From contig CM000433.1 in assembly GCA_000165345.1 (NCBI GenBank), positions 96,001 through 160,000 of the forward strand: DNA of 64,000 nucleotides, read 5' to 3'. Below the pieces are notes generated by a model. The model saw only the letters and a program-made list of their open reading frames with translations, did not search any database and had not been told where the DNA came from. The position numbers and the translations under genes are program-made. Positions 42,874 to 51,931 of this stretch are shown in pieces (within the stretch, counting starts at the first letter, position 1; each line of letters starts with the position of its first letter).

Positions 42874-45758
42874 TCATTGGAATATTATATGTATTAGCAA
42901 AAGCTCTCGTTAAACATATTTTTTTTTTCTTTTCAGTTACTTTAACTTTTTCTTTCTTATTATGTTTTACAAATGAATTCCACATTCTTGGATCACCAAT
43001 TTGCATTAATAATTTTTGATTGTTATGTAATTCTCTATAAACTAATAAATTCTTATGTTCAAAAGCATTTACTCTTTTTAATCCATTTTCACTAGATGGA
43101 CACTTTAAACAATCTTCTCTTACACATTCTCTTAAACCACAATGATATGGAATAATATTTTGATCTTTAATTGTTAATGGATATGGTATTGATAAATTAC
43201 ATGAATCAAAAAATACTTTAAATGATAAATTATTATATATATTATTATAATATTTATCTTGCAAATAAGTAACAGACTCTGATTCCAAAATTTCGTCTTT
43301 TGTATTATGTAAATGTAATCTTATTGGCCAATTTACTGTTGAATTAAAAATCAATGATGCTGGTGGCACAGCCATTAATCCACATGTTGATGAATGTGAT
43401 AATTTCCAGTGAGATTTTTGACATTTATCTGAGCAATAACTAACAACAAAACAACGTCTGCAATATCTAAAATCTAATTCTCCCTTTTTTTCTTGTTTGA
43501 TTTTTATTTCTTTATTTAATTCAGCAGTTCTAACTTTTGAACCAACTGTGAAATTATTACAACTTGGATGAAAACATGGTACTTTTGCGCTTTCTTCTAA
43601 TTTTCTTGAAATTGTACTTTCCTATATTAACAAATAATAATAAATAGTTAATTTTGTTGTTAAAACTTACCTTTATTCTACGATCTGTAATCCATTCTTG
43701 TAAACGTTTTAGATCAATTTCTTGTCCATTATATAACAATCTCAAATATTTTTTAACAATTTTTGTATCTTCCAATAAAATCTGTGAAAATGACCCTTCA
43801 TTGCCGATTTCCTTTATAATTATTAAAATATGAAATAAATCATCAAACAATTAACTTACTATTAAAGCTTTTTTGAAATGTTTGTTTAACTGAATAATTG
43901 AAATTAATAAATTCTTTAAACTATCATATTCCCAATTCACCTCGTATACAAAAGAAAAATACATTGCATCAGCTAAAAATAATACTATTGGATATAATAT
44001 TGATTCTTTATATTTTGGATCGCAAACAATTGAAAATATATCCCAAATATTATATTTCTCATTATTATATCTTAAATTCATGTTAGTTTGATTTCTATCA
44101 TACCCAACAACTGAATATTCTTTTGTTTCTCGATTACTTCTGTTAATATTTTCACCACTTTTATCTAAATATATATTATCTGCATCTAATTCTGAATAAA
44201 ATTTATATCCTTGGCCAAAAGTTGAGTAAACAATATATTTATTTACGAATTCATCTGTTGAAACGTAACTTAATAATTCCTTTGAATGCCCAATTAATAA
44301 ACATTCATTCAAAAATTCAATATAGCAAGTAATTAACTTAAGATTGTTTCTATCATGTACCAAACTAATTGGAGAGTTGACCAGATGAAAGAATATTATT
44401 GAAGTCAAATTACTTGAAAAGACTCTAATAGCCAGCTGTTGAATATCCACATCTTTCGATTCAGATAATGAAGTCAATAAGGTTCTTAATGAATCAATAT
44501 TGTTAAGTAGGGATGAAATTTTAATGTAATCAACCCATAATTCCATTGGGTTGTTACAAAATAATATTAATGTATTAATTCTGCATTCATAATAATACAT
44601 CATATTTAATCTAACCAATAATCTAAGCACGCCAGGAATTTTGGTGTCAACCATTCCTGAAAGTAAATAATTGATAGCAATAAAATAATCCGGAAAAATT
44701 TGATTTCTTTGCAAATTACTTTCTGATTGATTAGAAGTATTTAGACTTTTAAGTATTTTTTCAGTTGATTGATCCCCAACTTTCAAATTATTATGTTGTG
44801 AAACAATAATAAAAAGCCATAATTCATGCACAACTGATGCCCAAAAATTTGGATTAGTAAATTTATATTTAACCACAGATAAAAGCATTGGAACTAATCC
44901 TATTAGCCTATTTGGATCAAACTGGATAAGTCCTTTTATTACAAAATCAGCGCTTGCTTCAGGTATTTTTGATATAATTGATTCTTTTACGTGTAGTAAT
45001 CTATGCCTTATTCTTGTTACCTCAGATGTATCAATATCTTCTAATAATTCAAGACCAGATAATCCCAAAACACTATGAATGGTTGTTATATCTATTTCAA
45101 TCTTTCTTTCACCCCTTCCTGAATCTTGCCCAAATTTTGTCTGGTTGAGTAATTCAGACTCGTTATTTTCTGCATTATCACTTTTTCCTTTATCTAAATT
45201 TTTTTGATTTTTTAATTCAGACTTTGATTTATTTTTAAATTTTTCAATCGCAGTTGGTAGCTTAGCCTTAATATATATACAAACTCCTCTCATCTTCTGC
45301 AAGGTCTCTCTTTCATGAAGTATTTTGCTTCTTACTAAACTTTTTTTAACTGCCAATGTATTTGTTTCCAAATACAATAGTTTGTCTACATTTTTATTTG
45401 TAATATGAGGGTGATAATCTACTGAGTAATCCATAAAAGGTTGTCTACTAGTTTCCATTTCACGAACTTTTGCTGCTGCTCTTGATATTATTTTTAATGA
45501 TGTTATTTGATTCTCCACTGTTGGAGCTCTCTTCTTTTTCACATTATTTTTTTTATCCTTTGTTTTGCCTGCTTGCTTTCCCCTTTTATCAAGTCCTTTG
45601 AAATGCGCTATTAACTTCTCGGCCTGTGTTTGTTTGTTTCCAGATTGTACTTTACTTGCTATTTTTTCTTCGACCTTATTTCCCACTTTTTTTTCTTGTT
45701 TCTCCTCCATCTTTTTACCATGATTATGAATCTTTCCCTTTAACTTTCTGAGCCCCAT
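42860..45758 (-). CDS. MYND zinc-finger domain protein, 3 exons (about 933 aa): join(43860..45758,43671..43811,42860..43621) on minus
   Basis: ATG verified (cat at 45756-45758). Exon 1 ends ...KKALI with a GTAAGT donor, and the track stop at 43851 lies inside the intron. Exon 2 (EIGNEGSFSQ...WITDRRIK) has a GTAAGT donor and a 49-nt intron. Exon 3 carries the MYND finger (CFHPSCNNF...YCRRCFVVSYCSDKCQKSHWKLSHSSTC). Phases all 0. Three separate track ORFs (43851..45758, 43557..43850 with a TTG start, 42860..43375) collapse into this one gene. The 3' end overlaps the convergent beta-CASP gene by 14 nt. Confidence 0.6.
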
Positions 45759-45886
45759 CTTTATAATTTGGCTTATAATTTAAAAATTCTCCTTATTTTA
45801 AATTTTTTTCTATTTAAATTTTTTCATTAATATATTTTTTAAAAAATTCTGCATGCATTTCTACATGCACTTTTGTCCACATAGAC

Positions 45887-45895
45887 TTTGGCGCC
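45887..45895. promoter_or_regulatory. E2F-like TTTGGCGCC element next to TGCATGCA (ApiAP2-like) in promoter of MYND gene
   Basis: ctgcatgcatttctacatgcacttttgtccacatagactttggcgcctgatg read directly. TGCATGCA is at 45850-45857. Confidence 0.5.
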
Positions 45896-46316
45896 TGATG
45901 TGTTGACTATTCACGATATATTTGGAGTAATTTCTAATAATGGTCATAATAATCATATAAAATAGCTTATGAAATAATTTAATAATAGTTTATATCATGG
46001 TTTTATTTAGAGTTGAAGATTAGCTGAGAGTTTTGAGAGGTGAAGAATAATGTAATATAAATTACTAAAATATTCTATTTTATTAAATTGCGACAAATCG
46101 AAATAATTTGGGAAAACAAATAATTTATCAATATTAAGAATAAATTCTTTTATAAAATTTCTTAATATTTTTCTTAAGTCCTTATCGGCAGTTATGAATA
46201 ATCCCGGACGTAAAGTAAATGAAATAAAATCTAATTCAAAAATGACTAATAAAAATGGGAAAAACCCCTAACCTAATAAAATATTATCTATTTAAATATG
46301 AATTTTTTAATCAAAT

Positions 46317-46724
46317 ATGATCTTTAAGACAAAAAATCAATCCAAACTTACGCAAAAAAAGTCAAATACAGAAAGCAATCACGGAAAATGTAATAATCTA
46401 ATTGAAATAAGTAAAGATATGGACAATTCTACATATAAAAAATTTATCAATCGAAAAAGAAATGTATCTATATTATTAATAGTAATTATCTTTTTATTTT
46501 TCTGGTTTTTAATCATTAATAAGCAAGAGCTTTTTTCTAATTTAATATTTTTGAAAGAAAAATTTAATTTGCTTGCAAATAAGTTTAATACAAGTTTAAA
46601 AATATTTCAAAATTATCATTTATTCAGCTTTGATGAGAATTTAACTAAAACTCTTATTGGAAAAATATATGAGCTTTTTAACAATATATATTTAACCTTC
46701 GAGAAATGTTCAAATTTTCATTAA
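46317..46724 (+). CDS. small ORF with one predicted TM segment (135 aa); may be an upstream ORF or a mis-framed N-terminus of the next gene
   Basis: ATG at 46317. Hydrophobic stretch ILLIVIIFLFFWFLII. Terminates in three consecutive stops (TAA TAG TAA), 16 nt before the ATG of the next, larger ORF in a different frame. Confidence 0.25.
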   Translation: MIFKTKNQSKLTQKKSNTESNHGKCNNLIEISKDMDNSTYKKFINRKRNVSILLIVIIFLFFWFLIINKQELFSNLIFLKEKFNLLANKFNTSLKIFQNYHLFSFDENLTKTLIGKIYELFNNIYLTFEKCSNFH

Positions 46725-46740
46725 TAGTAAACTTAGTTTA

Positions 46741-49725
46741 ATGTATATATGGGCCAAGTATATTATTAATTTATCAATTTCAAGTATGAAATTTGAATAC
46801 AAAAAGCTTTCAAGAAAGTACCAAATAATAATGCTTACAAATGCAATCATTCATAGAATGATTCAAATGATTGTTGCCAAATACTTTGATTTAATCCAAG
46901 GAATCAAGCATTTTATTATTAATTCTTCAAACTATACGTTTTATTTTACAACAATATCAATATTGGTGATAAATGTGATAATTTGGGATAATATTATAAT
47001 GAAAAATATTGTTGAGGATTATAGACTTAATAATTTGAAGATTGTTACTAGTACTATTTCAAGTCTGCTAACAGTATTTTATCTATCAAATATTGAAAAA
47101 TATACTAATCACTTCATTGGGAAGTATAATAATTATATTTATGGATTTTGTTCAAGAGCCTTCTTACAATCCGACAGCAAACAAAATAACGAATTTGGTT
47201 ATTATAGTAAGAGGAAATTTACATTTATTTCAAATGAATGGTGGAAGATTCACAAACTTGAAAGTGTATTTAAAGGAGTAGAAATTATTAACGAAATTAA
47301 GAAAAGGTCCCACCCGGAAATAACAACTGAAATTACAAATAAAGTCTCTATATTTAACTTTGAATTTCTTAAAAAATTAAAATATAAAGGACAAATTTCA
47401 AAAGACATTTGTAATTTTTTAATAGATGGGAATCAAGAAATACGAATAATAACTAGAATTCTCATTTTTTCTATCAGCACATTAAGTGTCACTTATATAT
47501 TATATAGTGAACATAAAAGAATCAACATAAACAATAATATCACCTCCCACTCAAAAATTTATACATTTTTTACAGTTATTTCAGGTTTGATTATTCCTAT
47601 ATTATTAAACAATATACAGAAATTTAGTGCATATAAAGAACAAGGACAGGTTATTTTTTTATTATTGTTTTTATCATTAAAACTAATAACCAACCATAAG
47701 CATTTTCTAATGTTAATATTCGAGTTGATTAACAATATAAAATCTAAATTTACTTCAGAAAATAACTTTGAAAAAATAATTCTACAAAACCAAGATAGGG
47801 AAGTATTACCAGAAGAAATTAAAGATATTAAGAATAGTTTGCCACAAATTAATGAAAACTCTTCATTATCAAGAGAAACAAATAAAAAAACTAGCTTATT
47901 ATTAAAAAGTACTAAAACCCATTCAAACTCTTCAAGTTGTGAAAATAAATACAAAAACATGAAAAATCACTCAAATCAAAGAAAGCAACAATCATCCAGA
48001 GATATAAGCAAGACCAGAATAAAGTATTTGAATGATATAATTCGTACAAAAATAACAAGTAAGAATGGAATTCAAGAAATATTTGATAATGTCACAGATA
48101 TCAAATCAATTCAAGAAAAGAATTCATATTTATCTTTTTTTGCCAAAACAATAGAAATATTTAAAAAGATTATAATTTTTTTAAAGGACTTGATAATTAA
48201 TATATTTAATGAAAAAATTGTGGGTTCTATATTTTACTTACTATTCAAAGATTGTAGAGGAATAGTATTAAGCTCATTTGATCATTACAAAATAAATAAA
48301 TATATTCAAGAAAGTAAGATCTCAATGGAATTAAAAGAAGAGTTACTTAGAAGCATGACACTTTGCTACACAAATATTGGAAATCCACAAATTATTAGAT
48401 CAATCAATCTTTCAAAAAAAGATTTAATACAAGATTTAGAGAATTTGAAGATCATTTTGCCAAATACACTGGTAATGGAAAAATTAAAATCAATTCAAGA
48501 TAAATCATCTTTAAGTCAAATTGAAACAATATTGCAACCATTTTCCGGAATTAATTCACTTGAGGAAAAGATTAATGCAGAAATTCAGTATTACTTAATA
48601 TTAAATTCAATTAATATATTATCAGATAGTTGTGAAGCCATTAAAGAATCATGCAAAGCAATTATTAATTCTGAAAGCCTTATTGAATTAATTAATAATA
48701 TTACAAATCATGATTTAGATAAGATTAATTTACTGTTAAATACAAATATGGATTACAATATTATTTCAAGCATTATTAAATCTGTAGTATTAATGGATGA
48801 AAATAAAGCAGGTATTTGGAATAGATTTTCACTAATAACTAATTCAATAAGTAAAGTTCATTTAGAACTTGTATGTAAATTAAATAAATTAAAAGATATT
48901 GAGATTAATGAAATATTTATTCAATGGAATATATTAAGAGCAGGATTGAAATATATTTTGCATCAGATAAAAAATAATCGTAAATCTTATGAAGATATTT
49001 ATATGGGAGGATTACCGTTACATACGTTACAAATGGCATTACATTATTTAAATACTTCAGCAAGAAAAACATCCGACTTAGTTCAAGAATCTATTATAGC
49101 TTGTAGCGAATTCTGTTTATACTTTAATTTAAAAACCATTGAAGAGTTACACGAATTAAATAGAACTTCTTTAGGTCAATCAAAGTTATTTGAATTATGC
49201 AAGAGAGATTGTAATGATATTTTAAGATTAATTCAAACAATAAAAAGTGTATTAGAAGAATTATGTGAAAATAAAATAAGAATTGATGGAAAAGAAATTG
49301 ATATTAGTTATTTATCATCAATGTTGCCTGCCGTAACATTAAATTCGGAGCATAAGTATTGTAGAAAGGAAACAGAATCCAGTTGTAAGCTACATGGTAA
49401 AGGATTACATGACACATTTAGATTGTATGCTGAAGGAAATTTTCCTGCAGTTACAAACACTATTCAGCCTATCCAATCTAAAAGAGAGACTTCAAAATTT
49501 ATTCCAGAAAGGCCAAGAAGTTCAATTCCAAGGGAAGCCTCAGGGAATAAAGAAGGAATCTCAAGTATTAACACGGAGGAAAAAAATCACATTGGTAAAA
49601 ACAATGAGTCATTTTTAAATCAAACAGGACTAAGAAAACCAAAAGAAATTATTAGAAAAGAAGGAAATAATAATAATGAAGAGAATTTACCTTTTTTACC
49701 ATCAACCCCGGATGAGTTGATTTAA
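46741..49725 (+). CDS. large hypothetical protein with N-terminal multi-pass hydrophobic region (994 aa)
   Basis: ATG at 46741 verified. Several hydrophobic helices in the first 330 aa (FTTISILVINVIIW, LLTVFYLSNI, IITRILIFSISTLSVTYILY, FFTVISGLIIPILL). A long Ile/Asn/Lys-rich soluble region follows. No catalytic motif recognised. Confidence 0.5.
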   Translation: MYIWAKYIINLSISSMKFEYKKLSRKYQIIMLTNAIIHRMIQMIVAKYFDLIQGIKHFIINSSNYTFYFTTISILVINVIIWDNIIMKNIVEDYRLNNLKIVTSTISSLLTVFYLSNIEKYTNHFIGKYNNYIYGFCSRAFLQSDSKQNNEFGYYSKRKFTFISNEWWKIHKLESVFKGVEIINEIKKRSHPEITTEITNKVSIFNFEFLKKLKYKGQISKDICNFLIDGNQEIRIITRILIFSISTLSVTYILYSEHKRININNNITSHSKIYTFFTVISGLIIPILLNNIQKFSAYKEQGQVIFLLLFLSLKLITNHKHFLMLIFELINNIKSKFTSENNFEKIILQNQDREVLPEEIKDIKNSLPQINENSSLSRETNKKTSLLLKSTKTHSNSSSCENKYKNMKNHSNQRKQQSSRDISKTRIKYLNDIIRTKITSKNGIQEIFDNVTDIKSIQEKNSYLSFFAKTIEIFKKIIIFLKDLIINIFNEKIVGSIFYLLFKDCRGIVLSSFDHYKINKYIQESKISMELKEELLRSMTLCYTNIGNPQIIRSINLSKKDLIQDLENLKIILPNTLVMEKLKSIQDKSSLSQIETILQPFSGINSLEEKINAEIQYYLILNSINILSDSCEAIKESCKAIINSESLIELINNITNHDLDKINLLLNTNMDYNIISSIIKSVVLMDENKAGIWNRFSLITNSISKVHLELVCKLNKLKDIEINEIFIQWNILRAGLKYILHQIKNNRKSYEDIYMGGLPLHTLQMALHYLNTSARKTSDLVQESIIACSEFCLYFNLKTIEELHELNRTSLGQSKLFELCKRDCNDILRLIQTIKSVLEELCENKIRIDGKEIDISYLSSMLPAVTLNSEHKYCRKETESSCKLHGKGLHDTFRLYAEGNFPAVTNTIQPIQSKRETSKFIPERPRSSIPREASGNKEGISSINTEEKNHIGKNNESFLNQTGLRKPKEIIRKEGNNNNEENLPFLPSTPDELI

Positions 49726-49748
49726 TTCAATTCAATTTTGAAAAGAAA

Positions 49749-50375
49749 TTACCTTTTAAGTATCTTATAAATATATGGAGTGAGTGTAATAGTAGAAAAT
49801 AATCTAAATGGTTCAACAATTTTTGTTGATATCCAAGCTATAAATAGTTTACCAAATGGAGTTTCCATTCTTTGTTCAATTTTAGAAGAATTAATGTGAT
49901 TATCTAACCTTAATACTGAAATCAATTTTATCAATTTTGCTGCATTTATAATATTATTAATTGCTAAAATCCAGAATGAAATAAATGTTGCTAAATATAT
50001 TGTAAAATATGTGAATATACTGGTATATCCGTACTTATTCCACAAATTCTTCATTTTTCCAAATCCGTCTAATAGCCTAAACTTTTTATCCAAATCACTG
50101 ATATTAATTTTGCTAAATTGGTTTTTCAGACTGTGATAATAATATGGGCAAAGTCTTTGACTTCCAGATAAACAATAATTTAAATTCTTGAAGGAATTAT
50201 CATTTCTGAAAGGAGAAAAATATTGATTAAAGGTACTTGAACTGTTAAATAAGAGTCTAGAACTACAAAAGGAAGAAATTGGAATAAATATTGAATTTTT
50301 GTAAGTTAAATTTATTGTCTTTGATACTTTTTTCAATGTTGATGAACTAAAAAATAATTTATTGCCAAATATCAT
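49749..50375 (-). CDS. DUF1279/FAM210-family protein (likely mitochondrial membrane), 208 aa
   Basis: ATG verified (cat at 50373-50375). DUF1279 signature MKNLWNKYGYTSIFTYFTIYLATFISFWILAINNII (compare FAM210 LKELWKRYGKVAVGTYFSVYL...). Confidence 0.55.
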   Translation of the reverse strand: MIFGNKLFFSSSTLKKVSKTINLTYKNSIFIPISSFCSSRLLFNSSSTFNQYFSPFRNDNSFKNLNYCLSGSQRLCPYYYHSLKNQFSKINISDLDKKFRLLDGFGKMKNLWNKYGYTSIFTYFTIYLATFISFWILAINNIINAAKLIKLISVLRLDNHINSSKIEQRMETPFGKLFIAWISTKIVEPFRLFSTITLTPYIYKILKR

Positions 50376-50420
50376 CCTTTATAACAAATAATTGCGAAAA
50401 TTTAAACATTCTTTTTTTTT

Positions 50421-50500
50421 TTTAATAATTACCGGTGACACGTAATTTAAAAAAAAAAAATTTCCACAATATTACGTGTTTACATGTAATACCGGTATTG
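50421..50500. promoter_or_regulatory. GC-containing inverted-repeat element (ACCGGTGACACGTAAT ... ATTACGTGTTTACATGTAATACCGGTA) in divergent promoter
   Basis: Read directly: ACCGGT and CACGTA half-sites repeated in inverted orientation about 45 nt apart, flanking an A12 run. Sits between the FAM210 gene and the Arp gene. Confidence 0.4.
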
Positions 50501-50672
50501 AAAAAAAATAAATTAGAATTTTGTGAATTTTTTTAATAATTTTTTTTCAATTTAAAATTGGTTTAAATTATCAGCAGAGGAAAAAGGAAAAAAATAAATA
50601 AATAAATCTTCAAAGGAAAAATATTAACAAGTTAGTAAATGTACTTAACAATTTTGAGAAACAAAATATTTA

Positions 50673-51929
50673 ATGAAAACAATAATTTTTGAACCAGGGA
50701 GAACCATTTGTAAAGGAGGGAATAGTGAAAACTTATTGCCAACTGTTGAAGTTCCATCAGTTTGTTTCCTAAAAAATTTTGAAAAAGAAGGCAATGAAAA
50801 TAAACTTTCAGAGCTTAATAATTTACAAGAAACAAATAAAAATATCCGCAATTTAAAGAGTAATATTTTGTCAAAAGATGAATTAAAAAGAATTGTTCTA
50901 GTTGGAAATGAAGCAATTAAGAGCTTGGAATCAACAAATGGGAATTTAATATATCCTCTTCATAGAAATTTAGTAATGAGCGATTGGTTACTCTGTGAGT
51001 TAATTTGGGAGCAGGTATTACTGGAATTAGGAGTAAAGACTAAAATTGAAAAATTTAAAAATAAAAAGTTATCATCTGAATCTGGATCTGAATCTGAAAA
51101 TCAAGTATTAATGGTTATATTGCCTTCTACAGGAGGAATTCTCATCAAAGAGAAAGTTAATGAATGGCTCAAAGAAAATTATGATTTTAATCAAGTAACT
51201 TTTATTCCAGCATATTTACTAACTTTATATTCATATGGTAAAGAAACTGGAATAGTTGTTGATATTGGATCATTTTGGACTAATATTACTCCAGTAATTG
51301 AAGGAGTTTCTGATGATAATTATTCTTTAAGCATTCCAATTGGAGGAAGAAGTTTGGAGGAATATATGAAAATCTTATTATCTAGAAGAGGATTAAAATT
51401 CTCTGGAAAAAAAGATACCAAATTTATTGAGGAAACAAAAGATGACTTGCTAGTTAGAAATATATTAAGCGAAAATTGTTTTGTTTCTACAGATGAAAAA
51501 AATACTAGAGAAATTATTTCATACACAACTTCATATTTGGAACTTATAAGAGTTAACTCAAAATTAAATAATAGTAAATCTATCTTCTTAGAAGAGGAAA
51601 GATTTCAAGTTACTGAAAATGTTTTCTTCAAACCATATAAAATTGGAATTGAATCCCCATCCATTTGTGAAGCTATACTTAAAGTAATAAATAAATGCCC
51701 ATTAGATACTAGAACCCTTTTAATGGAAAATATTTTCTTAACAGGAAGGTCATCATTATTTATTGGGCTGCCTCAAAGAATCCAAGTTAATCTAACACAA
51801 CTATTCTTAGACAGCAAGTTAAGAGGAGATACTAATCGATTAAATAAGTACAAATTCTACGTAAATGATGATCCTATGAGAGATGTTTCAACTTTTAAAG
51901 GTGCTAATATTTATTTGCAGTTAATTTAA
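50673..51929 (+). CDS. actin-related protein (Arp/ALP family), 418 aa
   Basis: ATG at 50673 verified. Actin-fold landmarks: IIFEPGRTICKGG (phosphate 1), GIVVDIGSFWTNITPVIEGVSDDNYSLSIPIGGRSLEEYMKILL (phosphate 2 / DxG), FLTGRSSLFIGLPQRIQ (adenosine loop). Divergent from conventional actin. Confidence 0.7.
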   Translation: MKTIIFEPGRTICKGGNSENLLPTVEVPSVCFLKNFEKEGNENKLSELNNLQETNKNIRNLKSNILSKDELKRIVLVGNEAIKSLESTNGNLIYPLHRNLVMSDWLLCELIWEQVLLELGVKTKIEKFKNKKLSSESGSESENQVLMVILPSTGGILIKEKVNEWLKENYDFNQVTFIPAYLLTLYSYGKETGIVVDIGSFWTNITPVIEGVSDDNYSLSIPIGGRSLEEYMKILLSRRGLKFSGKKDTKFIEETKDDLLVRNILSENCFVSTDEKNTREIISYTTSYLELIRVNSKLNNSKSIFLEEERFQVTENVFFKPYKIGIESPSICEAILKVINKCPLDTRTLLMENIFLTGRSSLFIGLPQRIQVNLTQLFLDSKLRGDTNRLNKYKFYVNDDPMRDVSTFKGANIYLQLI

Positions 51930-51931
51930 CT

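Noticed and set aside
46259-46275. Telomere-like CCCTAACCTAA fragment (aaaaacccctaacctaataaa)
   Set aside because: Only about 1.5 units, with no tandem array. It sits in an ordinary promoter spacer, which fits chance occurrence in AT-rich DNA.
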